Sequence record: NC_055023.1
Reading direction: 5' to 3' (one strand)
DNA: 40,147 bases
Origin: Staphylococcus phage SP276
Shown: in pieces, positions 27,102-35,791 of the stretch
Layout: each line of letters begins with the position of its first letter
Position numbering within the stretch: position 1 is the first letter of the stretch
Program-made: the position numbers and the translations under genes
The notes under the pieces: model-generated
What the model was told of the DNA's origin: nothing
Databases searched by the model: none
The model's input: only the letters and a program-made list of their open reading frames with translations

Positions 27102-27478
27102 AATTAAAAGTTAAAAAGAGAATGAATTTTTCTGAATTGCACCAGTGGGCAAAGGAAAATAACGTGAAAAGTAAAACATTTTCTAGCAGTAAATTTGTTA
27201 ACGTTCATTTTGATGAAAATGGACGTGTTAACTGCACTAACGTAGGACACTTTGACAATTTTATTGTGTGGAAAGAAGAAGAAATTACGAAAGATACAAG
27301 ACTTGACCTAATTGTTCGATTTATTGGGCGAATCAATAATGATAGTTTGTACACAATTAACCATATGAGTATAAACGAACACTTATCACGCTTTGCTGAA
27401 ACACTAACAACTCATTTCTATGTTGAAAATGAGGATAGAGAGTTAATTTTAATTTGGAAAGATGGGGAGCTGGTCTAG
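27098..27478 (+). CDS. Hypothetical protein, tandem paralog B (MKLKVKK…LIWKDGELV)
   Basis: ATGA overlap. Conserved MK[IL]KVKK.MN…L.QWA.ENNVK..TF and L.LIWKDGELV blocks shared with paralog A. Confidence 0.55.
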   Translation: MKLKVKKRMNFSELHQWAKENNVKSKTFSSSKFVNVHFDENGRVNCTNVGHFDNFIVWKEEEITKDTRLDLIVRFIGRINNDSLYTINHMSINEHLSRFAETLTTHFYVENEDRELILIWKDGELV

Positions 27479-27479
27479 C

Positions 27480-27692
27480 ATGTACGATTCAAAAGAATAC
27501 TATAAAGAGCAAAGTAAATACTGGCATAACGAACTAATTAAATGTTCAAAAGGACGAGACGATCTAAAGCGCAAATTAGACGATGTAGTTGATTTATTCA
27601 ACACACACCTACACCACAAGAAAGCGTGGTCGGATAATCCTTACTACGACAGAGTGCAACAGAGATTAAATAAAATTATGGAGGACGAATAG
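27480..27692 (+). CDS. Hypothetical protein (70 aa)
   Basis: ATG at 27480 after the stop of paralog B. RBS ggggag. Confidence 0.4.
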   Translation: MYDSKEYYKEQSKYWHNELIKCSKGRDDLKRKLDDVVDLFNTHLHHKKAWSDNPYYDRVQQRLNKIMEDE

Positions 27693-28172
27693 ATGGAAGC
27701 ACCTTATAAAATTCAATCAGAGATTAAAAAAAGAATTATTAAGCCCGAATATAAATTTGAATATATGAACAAATTAGCGGGTGAAACTTTAACACATGTC
27801 TTTCATGTAAATCTTAGTGTCAATTCATTTAATAAATTACCTGCAATAGTTTTTGTTTCCGAAAGTAAGAAGGTATTTATCCACTGTTTGAGAATTGATA
27901 CAGATATGCAAGAAGACGAAGACTTAGCTGATATTGATGCTATTAAAAGGTATCAGATTAACCTTTTTAGATTTGTAAATATGTTACTAGATGATGAAAT
28001 ACAATTTGAAATACTTGATAAAGGAAAATTGCCATTCATCAACCAACAAGTGCTAAAAGAATATTTTGATTACAAGATAAATAAGCGAAAACAGGAAGAA
28101 GAAAAATACCGAAAAGAACAAGAATACAAAACATATTTAAAATTAAAAGAAAAGTTTGAGGAGGACGAGTGA
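27693..28172 (+). CDS. Hypothetical protein (159 aa), Glu/Lys-rich C-terminus ending EEDE
   Basis: TAGATG overlap at the start. Ends in the repeated linker gaggaggacgagtga. Confidence 0.5.
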   Translation: MEAPYKIQSEIKKRIIKPEYKFEYMNKLAGETLTHVFHVNLSVNSFNKLPAIVFVSESKKVFIHCLRIDTDMQEDEDLADIDAIKRYQINLFRFVNMLLDDEIQFEILDKGKLPFINQQVLKEYFDYKINKRKQEEEKYRKEQEYKTYLKLKEKFEEDE

Positions 28173-28328
28173 ATGACTAATGAAGAACTATTTGAGGTGT
28201 TTCAAGAAGCAATGCGTGAATTAGAACATTCTATTCGGCAAATTGATAACGAAGCCGATAGATATATTATTAATAAAGCTATTGAATTGATTGATTCGGT
28301 TGCATGGAAATATGAGGAGGACGAGTGA
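28173..28328 (+). CDS. Small hypothetical protein (51 aa) ending EEDE
   Basis: Begins right after the linker GAGGAGGACGAGTGA-ATG and ends in a second copy of the same linker. Confidence 0.4.
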   Translation: MTNEELFEVFQEAMRELEHSIRQIDNEADRYIINKAIELIDSVAWKYEEDE

Positions 28329-28329
28329 A

Positions 28330-28485
28330 ATGGAGATAAGCCTAGCAGAAACTAGAGAACTTTTAACGATAGCAAAGAGAGTTACACCAGTATTAACGCG
28401 AGAAGAGTTTGAAATGGTTGGCTTAATTTATTTAGGCGCGCTTGAAAGATTAGAAAATAATATGGAGGACACAAACAATGACTAA
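28330..28485 (+). CDS. Small hypothetical protein (51 aa)
   Basis: Starts after the second copy of the linker GAGGAGGACGAGTGAA-ATG. Confidence 0.4.
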   Translation: MEISLAETRELLTIAKRVTPVLTREEFEMVGLIYLGALERLENNMEDTNND

Positions 28486-28996
28486 TACATTACAAATCAA
28501 ATTATTATCAGATAACGCAACAATGCCAAAACGTGAGCACGATACTGATGCAGGCTTTGACATATACGCTGCCGAAACAGTGGTGTTGGAACCACAAGAG
28601 AAAGCGTTAATTGCGACAGATATTGCAGTGAATATTCCTAAAGGTTATGTTGGGTTATTGACTAGCCGTAGTGGTGTGAGTAGTAAAACGCATTTAGTGA
28701 TTGAGACAGGAAAGATTGACGCAGGGTTTCAAGGCAATATGAAGATTAATATTAAGAACGATGATTTACCGAGAATACCTAATTTACGTCAGGCTAAGTA
28801 TAAGGATTTAGAGAATAACTATGTTGAAACAAACGGAAAAGAAACATATAGACTTGGTACCTACAAAATTAAAAAAGGCGACAAGTTAGCACAATTGGTT
28901 ATTGTGCCTATATGGACGCCAACATTACAAGAAGTTGACGAATTTAGCGAGGTGACAGAACGTGGAAAAAAAGGGTTCGGGTCAAGCGGAATCTAA
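28478..28996 (+). CDS. dut: dUTP diphosphatase (trimeric dUTPase)
   Basis: Motifs DAGFDIYA, GLLTSRSGVS, GKIDAGFQGN, and a C-terminal RGKKGFGSSG (motif V). Confidence 0.9.
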   Translation: MTNTLQIKLLSDNATMPKREHDTDAGFDIYAAETVVLEPQEKALIATDIAVNIPKGYVGLLTSRSGVSSKTHLVIETGKIDAGFQGNMKINIKNDDLPRIPNLRQAKYKDLENNYVETNGKETYRLGTYKIKKGDKLAQLVIVPIWTPTLQEVDEFSEVTERGKKGFGSSGI

Positions 28997-29059
28997 ACGT
29001 GTCGAATTCGAGGCGGTTAAGAAAGACATACTAACTAAAGTGAAAGAGGTGCTGAGGAA

Positions 29060-29248
29060 ATGACACAGTATTTAATAAAAGCATTCACAGATTCAACAGG
29101 TCAAACTTTCACAGAAGCAACTAAAGCCAGAGAGAATCAGTCTTTTGAGGTTGTGGAAGCAGAAAGTAAAGAGGAAGCGATTAAGAAGTATGAGAGCCCT
29201 AAAGTTAAACAGCAAGTTATTGCATGCAATATGCCGGATTGGGCTTAA
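29060..29248 (+). CDS. Hypothetical protein (62 aa)
   Basis: RBS gaggtgctgagga. Confidence 0.5.
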   Translation: MTQYLIKAFTDSTGQTFTEATKARENQSFEVVEAESKEEAIKKYESPKVKQQVIACNMPDWA

Positions 29249-29263
29249 TAAGGAGGAAACAGA

Positions 29264-29431
29264 ATGATTAAACGAACAATCAACTTATTAATCACATTGG
29301 CGTTATATGAGTTAGGTACGTACCTAACGGAACAAGCAATCATCATACTAACAGCTAACGATGACGTAGACGCATTTAATGAATATGATCATATCGATTT
29401 AAACGATATACGTGCGGAGGTGAGTGGGTAA
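29264..29431 (+). CDS. Small membrane protein (55 aa)
   Basis: RBS aaggaggaaacaga-ATG. One TM helix. Confidence 0.4.
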   Translation: MIKRTINLLITLALYELGTYLTEQAIIILTANDDVDAFNEYDHIDLNDIRAEVSG

Positions 29432-29574
29432 TGGTGTGGTTGGTTATTATGCTTATCTTTGTATCGCTCTTACTCGTTGGTAGCATGATCGAGAACGCTA
29501 ATTTGAAAGGTGATTTGAAAGCTAAAGGGTATGAGGTTGAATTGTTGCGTGACAGAATCAAGGAGCGTGAGTAA
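29431..29574 (+). CDS. Small membrane protein (47 aa)
   Basis: TAATG overlap. N-terminal TM helix and a charged coiled C-terminus. Confidence 0.4.
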   Translation: MVWLVIMLIFVSLLLVGSMIENANLKGDLKAKGYEVELLRDRIKERE

Positions 29575-30000
29575 ATGATTGAATTGATTGAGATGTATAG
29601 AACTAATAAATTAGAAATAGAAAGTTTAAAACTTAGAAAAGACATTTGCAACGATGAAATAGAGAATTGGGGAGCGGTTAGCGTTAACGATAAGGCTAGA
29701 TTGGGTAAAAAGCACGACTTTTTATCACGTATCAAGCAAACAGATAATGTGGTCGATGAAATCAACGTGATCAATGAGAGGTTGCAAACTTTAAAAACAA
29801 GACAGAAAAAGATTCTTGATGTTATTGATAAATTTGAGGGATTAGAACACAAGATACTGAAATTAAGGTTTATTGAAGGGTATAAGTTAGCAGACATTGC
29901 TGAGTCTCTAGGATACTCTGAACAGTATATTAAAAACAAACATTCTGAGCTGATGAAAAGAATAGAGTTTAAAACGTCACATAAAAGTAAGGTACTTTAA
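29575..30000 (+). CDS. ArpU-family / sigma-70 region-4-like late transcriptional activator
   Basis: 141 aa. C-terminal HTH LKLRFIEGYKLADIAESLGYSEQYIKNKHSELMKRI. Located directly upstream of terS, as late activators are in staphylococcal phages. Confidence 0.6.
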   Translation: MIELIEMYRTNKLEIESLKLRKDICNDEIENWGAVSVNDKARLGKKHDFLSRIKQTDNVVDEINVINERLQTLKTRQKKILDVIDKFEGLEHKILKLRFIEGYKLADIAESLGYSEQYIKNKHSELMKRIEFKTSHKSKVL

Positions 30001-30288
30001 CGTTATTTACGATATTGACGAATTGCATTATATTAATAGTGTGCAGAAATGTACAACGATGATTCTTTCGGTTTTTGTTGATTCCCATACTCCTTTATTG
30101 ATATTAATTGAACGTTAAGGCGCCCGAGAGGCGTCTTTTGTGTGCTGATATGAGCTACATTGAATGTGGTTGATATGAGTGCATAACTCAAATAAAATAC
30201 TCAAAACAAAATCATTAGGCGCTGCACGTTTGTGTGGTGCCTTTTTAAATATTATTAAGCAATTAGCGCGAGAGTGGTGATATATGAG

Positions 30289-30732
30289 ATGAAGTTAAGC
30301 ATAAAACAACAAAGATTTGCAGATGAATACATTAAAAGTGGTAACGCAACGCAAGCGTATATTAAGGCGGGTTATTCTAAAAACAAAGCAAATACCAACG
30401 CAACGAAGCTACTACAAAATACTACAATAAAGCAGTACATTAAAGAGCGTATCGAGCAGGCTCAAGTAGAAAGCCTAATGAGTATAACGGAAGCTTTAGC
30501 ATTATCCGCATCTATTGCGCGAGGAGAACCACAGACAGCTTATACGAAGCGATATGACCATCTAAGTGGTGAAGTAGATAAAGAAGTGACTTACACTATC
30601 ACGCCTAATGTAGAAGAGCGACAGCGGTCAATAGACCATATCTTAAAAGTACATGGTGCGTATATTGATAAAAAAGAGATCACACAAAAGAATATCGAAA
30701 TAAACATTGGTGATTACGATGACGAAAGTTAG
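30289..30732 (+). CDS. terS: Terminase small subunit
   Basis: 148 aa. N-terminal HTH-like segment (KQQRFADEYIKSGNATQAYIKAGYS). Overlaps terL. Confidence 0.75.
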   Translation: MKLSIKQQRFADEYIKSGNATQAYIKAGYSKNKANTNATKLLQNTTIKQYIKERIEQAQVESLMSITEALALSASIARGEPQTAYTKRYDHLSGEVDKEVTYTITPNVEERQRSIDHILKVHGAYIDKKEITQKNIEINIGDYDDES

Positions 30733-31993
30733 TTTGAACTTTAAGCAGCCGTCAAAAGTGTTCAACAAAAATATATTCGAAATACTGTTCAATTACGATT
30801 ACTTTACTGAAGTCCATTATGGTGGCGGTTCAAGTGGTAAATCACATGGCGTTATTCAAAAAGTTGTACTGAAAGCTTTGAAAGACTGGGAATATCCAAG
30901 ACGTATTTTGTGGCTGAGAAAAGTGCAGTCGACAATCAAAGACAGTTTGTTTGAAGATGTGAAAGAATGTTTAATCAATTATGGTATCTGGGACATGTGC
31001 CTATGGAATAAGACAGATAACAAAGTCGAACTTCCAAATGGCGCAGTTTTTTTGTTTAAGGGATTAGATAATCCAGAAAAAATCAAATCGATAAAAGGAG
31101 TGTCAGATATAGTTATGGAAGAAGCATCTGAGTTTACGTTAAATGATTACACACAGCTGACTTTACGTTTGAGAGAGCGTAAACACAAACTGAAACAAAT
31201 CTTTTTAATGTTCAACCCTGTGTCTAAGTTGAATTGGGTATACAAATATTTTTTTGAACATGGTAAACCGATGAAAGGCGTATTGATTAGACAATCGAGT
31301 TACAAAGACAATAAGTTTTTAGACGATATGACACGTGAAAATTTAGAGATGCTAGCAACACGGAATCCGGCATATTACAAAATATATGCTTTAGGCGAAT
31401 TCGCAACACTTGATAAGTTGGTGTTCCCTAAGTATGAAAAGCGAATAATTAGCGATAAAGAAGTAGGTCATTTACCTTCGTATTTCGGTTTAGACTTTGG
31501 ATATGTCAATGATCCTAGCGCTTTTATTCACGTGAAAATAGACAGCGATAACAAAAAGCTTTATGTCATGTCGGAATATGTTAAAAAAGGGATGCTAAAT
31601 AACGAGATTGCACAAGTTATCAATGACTTAGGTTACTCGAAAGAAAAAATAACGGCTGATTCGGCTGAACAAAAAAGCATTATGGAAATCAAAGCAAACG
31701 GTATAGATAGAATTGTGCCTGCCATGAAAGGGAAAGACAGCGTTATGGCAGGCATTCAATTTATTAGTCAATTTGATATTGTTATCGATGAACGTTGTTA
31801 TAAGACGATTGAGGAATTTGACAATTATACTTGGAAAAAAGACAAAAATACGGATGAATATTACAACGAACCTGTTGACACTTATAATCACTGCATTGAT
31901 GCATTAAGATACGCAGTTGAAGCATTAACCATACAGAAAAAGCATCAGAAAAAAGACAAAAATACATTACGTAAGATTAAAAGCTTATTTTAA
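30716..31993 (+). CDS. terL: Terminase large subunit (PBSX/Terminase_3-like)
   Basis: Walker A-like HYGGGSSGKSHG. Nuclease-domain Asp residues (DFGYVNDPSA…ADSAEQ…). Confidence 0.9.
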   Translation, partial: TMTKVSLNFKQPSKVFNKNIFEILFNYDYFTEVHYGGGSSGKSHGVIQKVVLKALKDWEYPRRILWLRKVQSTIKDSLFEDVKECLINYGIWDMCLWNKTDNKVELPNGAVFLFKGLDNPEKIKSIKGVSDIVMEEASEFTLNDYTQLTLRLRERKHKLKQIFLMFNPVSKLNWVYKYFFEHGKPMKGVLIRQSSYKDNKFLDDMTRENLEMLATRNPAYYKIYALGEFATLDKLVFPKYEKRIISDKEVGHLPSYFGLDFGYVNDPSAFIHVKIDSDNKKLYVMSEYVKKGMLNNEIAQVINDLGYSKEKITADSAEQKSIMEIKANGIDRIVPAMKGKDSVMAGIQFISQFDIVIDERCYKTIEEFDNYTWKKDKNTDEYYNEPVDTYNHCIDALRYAVEALTIQKKHQKKDKNTLRKIKSLF

Positions 31994-32004
31994 GGAGGCT
32001 AACA

Positions 32005-33450
32005 ATGACTGTATATACAATCAATAACATTAATACAAAGTTTTCACCTCTTGCTAACGATGACTTTGTTGTCAGCGATTTAGCGGAATTATTAAAAGAG
32101 GAAAGCCTCAGAAACTTCATCAGCAGACATCAAGTTGAACAAGTGCCACGTTTAGAGATGCTAGAAGCTTATTATTTGAATAGAAACACCGATATTCTAG
32201 CGGGTGAACGTCGATTGCAAAAATATGGGGACAAGGCTGACCACAGAGCAGTACATAATTACGCGAAGTATGTGTCACGTTTCATCGTTGGCTATCTTAC
32301 GGGTAACCCTATCACAACTACACATCAGGACAATCAAACGAACGACAAAATCATTGAGCTGAACGATTTGAATGACGCTGATGAGGTTAACAGTGATTTA
32401 GCGTTGAATTTGTCTATTTATGGACGCGCTTATGAGATTGTATATCGTGATTTTGAAGATAAAGACACATTCAAAGTGTTAGATCCTAAAAGCACTTTCG
32501 TAGTATATGACCAAACGTTAGATAAAAAAGTTGTTGCAGGTGTAAGGTACTTTGAAAAGCAAGATAAGGACAAAGTACCAGTTCAGCATGTCGAAGTTTA
32601 TACGACAGATAGAATTTACTATATCGAAATTAAAGGTGGTACATATCACCGTGTGGAAGAAGTGGAACATTACTACAACGATGTACCTATCATTGAATAC
32701 CTCAACGATCAATTTAAACAAGGTGACTTTGAGAATGTTATTACTTTGATAGACTTATACGATAGTGCGCAGTCTGATACAGCTAACTACATGACTGATT
32801 TAAACGATGCTATGCTTGCTATTATCGGTAACGTAGATTTAGACAGTGAAGATGCTAAAGCGTTTAGAGATGCGAATATGATTCATCTAGAGCCTGGTAC
32901 AAATGCAAATGGCTCAGAAGGCAAGGCAGAAGTTAAGTATGTTTATAAGCAATATGATGTTGCAGGTGTTGAAGCGTATAAGAAGCGATTGCAAAACGAC
33001 ATTCACAAGTATACAAATACGCCTGATTTGAATGACGAACAGTTTAGTGGTGTTCAATCCGGAGAAGCTATGAAATACAAGCTATTCGGTCTTGAACAAG
33101 TCAGAGCGATTAAAGAGCGATTGTTTAAAAAAGGATTGATGAAGCGGTATAAGTTGTTATTGAACAATGTTAATTTGACGGGATTAAAGCAACATAATTA
33201 CGCAGATCTAACAATTACGTTTACGCCTAACTTACCAAAGTCTATGATGGAATCTATCAATGCGTTTAACGCGCTTAGTGGTGGTGTATCTGAAAGCACA
33301 CGTTTGAGTTTGTTAGACTTTATCGATAATCCTAAAGAAGAACTCGATAAGATGCACGAAGAAGAAGCGCAACGAGAGAAGCAAGCGGATAAGCGAGGAT
33401 ATGGTGAAGCTTTTGAAAATCATGCGAATGTAGATGAATCAAATGGCTGA
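32005..33450 (+). CDS. Portal protein (SPP1 gp6-like)
   Basis: 481 aa. Position after terL. Acidic C-terminus. Confidence 0.85.
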   Translation: MTVYTINNINTKFSPLANDDFVVSDLAELLKEESLRNFISRHQVEQVPRLEMLEAYYLNRNTDILAGERRLQKYGDKADHRAVHNYAKYVSRFIVGYLTGNPITTTHQDNQTNDKIIELNDLNDADEVNSDLALNLSIYGRAYEIVYRDFEDKDTFKVLDPKSTFVVYDQTLDKKVVAGVRYFEKQDKDKVPVQHVEVYTTDRIYYIEIKGGTYHRVEEVEHYYNDVPIIEYLNDQFKQGDFENVITLIDLYDSAQSDTANYMTDLNDAMLAIIGNVDLDSEDAKAFRDANMIHLEPGTNANGSEGKAEVKYVYKQYDVAGVEAYKKRLQNDIHKYTNTPDLNDEQFSGVQSGEAMKYKLFGLEQVRAIKERLFKKGLMKRYKLLLNNVNLTGLKQHNYADLTITFTPNLPKSMMESINAFNALSGGVSESTRLSLLDFIDNPKEELDKMHEEEAQREKQADKRGYGEAFENHANVDESNG

Positions 33451-34795
33451 TTCACTCGATTACTGGTTAGAGCGTGCGCAAAATACTATAAACAGTGAAT
33501 TGATAGAAGATGCAAAGGCAGCGGCTGAATTACAACGTATAGTCACATTGATGTATGCTGAGATTGCAAAGGAACTACTTGCATTTTACGCTAAATATGC
33601 GACCGCTGAAGGACTTACGATTGCCGAAGCTAAGAAGATAGTTGATGAATTTGATGTCGTTGCTTTTCAGAATAAAGCTAAAGCGTTGGTTAAAAACAAG
33701 GACTTTAGCAAAGAAGCAAATAAGCAACTTAAAAAGTACAATACTAAGATGTATGTATCGCGCGAAAAGTTGTTAAAGCAGAATCTTGATTTGTTAGTGA
33801 CCGAAGCAAGCATCAAAGTAGAAAACCACATAGAAAAGTCGTTGGTTAAAGCTATTGATAGAGAAGTAGAGCGACAATCAGGCATTTTAGGTACTGACAT
33901 CAATGTTACTGACAAGAAGATTAAGGCAGTTGTTAATAGTAACTTCAAAGGTGTTACATGGTCAGAACGCTTGTGGGACGATATGGATCTAGTGCGCAAG
34001 GAAGTCGAACGAGTTGCAACAAATGTTGTTAACAGAGGTCGACACCCGAACGAATACGTTGCTGACTTCAAAAAGAAAACAGGTGCTACAACACATGATG
34101 CTAAACGTTTACTTGTTACTGAATCAGCACGTGTGCAAACGGAAGCACAAAAGCTGTCATACCTTGAAACGCTCGGCGAAGATGGTGAATATGAATTTGT
34201 TGCGAAACGTGATGAAAAGACATCTAAAGTGTGTCGTCATCATGATAAGAAAGTATACAAAGTCAAGGACATGACACCAGGTGTTAACGCTCCTCCTATG
34301 CATCCACATTGTCGAAGCACGACGATACCACGTTTAGGCAATTGGCGTGACGACTTTTTTAAAAAACGTAAAGGTAAGTATAAGTTAGACGAAGAGGAAA
34401 CGACACAACTTTTAGCTAAAAAAGAAATGACGGATGCCATTGATAGTGGTAAAATAAAAGTTGAATTGAACGTTGAAAAGCAGAATCGACACCAATTAGG
34501 TCATCAATTGTATGAAGATTATAAGAAAAAGAATTTACAAAAAGGTAAGGCAATACCAAGTTATACGCTATTAGATAACAGTGAATTAAATTCATTAATA
34601 CATCAAAAAGCGGGTAAAGGTAGTTTAATCGCGGATGACTTTGGGAACTGGAAAAATAAAGAAATTATTGATTTTGGTAAGATTATCGGTAAAGATTATA
34701 TTGACGGTGAATTTATAGAAACAAAACGAGGAACGGTACACTACTCGAAAACTGGAAGTCATATAATACCGAACGGAAAGGGTGAAAAGCGATGA
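33434..34795 (+). CDS. Minor head (head morphogenesis) protein, phage Mu F-like
   Basis: 453 aa. Mu_F-like central region. Typical position after the portal gene. Confidence 0.75.
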   Translation: MNQMADSLDYWLERAQNTINSELIEDAKAAAELQRIVTLMYAEIAKELLAFYAKYATAEGLTIAEAKKIVDEFDVVAFQNKAKALVKNKDFSKEANKQLKKYNTKMYVSREKLLKQNLDLLVTEASIKVENHIEKSLVKAIDREVERQSGILGTDINVTDKKIKAVVNSNFKGVTWSERLWDDMDLVRKEVERVATNVVNRGRHPNEYVADFKKKTGATTHDAKRLLVTESARVQTEAQKLSYLETLGEDGEYEFVAKRDEKTSKVCRHHDKKVYKVKDMTPGVNAPPMHPHCRSTTIPRLGNWRDDFFKKRKGKYKLDEEETTQLLAKKEMTDAIDSGKIKVELNVEKQNRHQLGHQLYEDYKKKNLQKGKAIPSYTLLDNSELNSLIHQKAGKGSLIADDFGNWKNKEIIDFGKIIGKDYIDGEFIETKRGTVHYSKTGSHIIPNGKGEKR

Positions 34796-34986
34796 AACTA
34801 TGGACATATGTAGGAAAAAAAGTAAAGATAGAGTTAACTAACGGAAAAATATTCATCGGGAGAGCCGCTGGTTACGATGATGAAATGGATAATGAAAGTG
34901 GAGAAGATTCTATACATTTAGATAGTGGCAAACTATTATATGATTTTGATGAAAGCCAAATTAAATCGATTGAAGTTTTAGATTAA
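34792..34986 (+). CDS. Hypothetical protein (64 aa)
   Basis: ATGA overlap with the minor head gene. Confidence 0.5.
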   Translation: MKLWTYVGKKVKIELTNGKIFIGRAAGYDDEMDNESGEDSIHLDSGKLLYDFDESQIKSIEVLD

Positions 34987-35065
34987 GCACCTAACCGATA
35001 AAAATGGTTGAGGTGCTATTTTTATACGCAATTTTAAGCTACTGTGCTGCAGTGGCTTTTTTTAT
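34986..35065 (+). terminator. Two tandem rho-independent terminators
   Basis: AGCACCTAACC…GGTTGAGGTGCT + TATTTTTAT at 34986-35025. AGCTACTG-TGCTG-CAGTGGCT + TTTTTTTAT at 35037-35065. Confidence 0.65.
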
Positions 35066-35162
35066 TGCCCAAACCATGCTTATGGCGTTAAAAGATGCAA
35101 GCGTAGTCCAAACCATGCAATGACATAAAACTTGCAAGAGTAGATTAAAATGAGGTGTTTAC

Positions 35163-35774
35163 ATGAATACTCAAGACAAAGTTAAATTCAATTTGCAGTT
35201 TTTTTCAGAGAGTTTAAATAAAGATAGTCTTAATGATGATCCTGAAAAACCAAAAGATACTGATTTAGATTCTGATGAAGAAACAAAAACATACACTGAA
35301 GAAGAATTTAACAAAAGACTGCATGATGAGTTAAGTCGTCGAATGAAGCAAAAAGAGAAAGAAAAGCAAGAAGCAGTTGAAGAAGCTGCTAAATTAGCAA
35401 AAATGAACAAGGATCAAAAGGCAGAATATGAACGTGAAAAGCTGGAATCTGAATTGAAGCAATTGCGTGCTGAAAAGGCTATGAATGAGATGCGTTCAGA
35501 AGCCCGTGTGATGTTCAAAGACAAGGATATCGACGTAAGTGATGAGTTGTTAGACATTGTTGTGTCTGATAGCGCTGAAACGACAAAAAACAACGTTGAC
35601 AACCTTACAAAGATTCTTGATGAAATGGTTCAAAAGAAAGTGCAAGAAACATTACGACAAAATTCGCCTAAATCTTTCAGTAAGAGCGGATTAAGTCGAG
35701 ATGAAATCCTTGCGATTAAAGACGATAGCGAACGACAAAGTGCTATCGCACAAAACATGCACTTATTTAACTAA
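35163..35774 (+). CDS. Scaffolding protein
   Basis: 203 aa, acidic, strongly helical or coiled-coil. Immediately upstream of the major capsid gene. Confidence 0.7.
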   Translation: MNTQDKVKFNLQFFSESLNKDSLNDDPEKPKDTDLDSDEETKTYTEEEFNKRLHDELSRRMKQKEKEKQEAVEEAAKLAKMNKDQKAEYEREKLESELKQLRAEKAMNEMRSEARVMFKDKDIDVSDELLDIVVSDSAETTKNNVDNLTKILDEMVQKKVQETLRQNSPKSFSKSGLSRDEILAIKDDSERQSAIAQNMHLFN

Positions 35775-35791
35775 AAAACGGAGGTAATTTT

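Noticed and set aside
29376-29939. 187-aa minus-strand ORF overlapping the ArpU-like gene and the small membrane genes
   Set aside because: It is antisense to three + strand genes that have good RBSs. It is Ser/Leu-rich low-complexity sequence and is likely spurious.
33667-34071. 134-aa minus-strand ORF inside the minor head protein gene
   Set aside because: It is antisense to a conserved structural gene and lacks an RBS.
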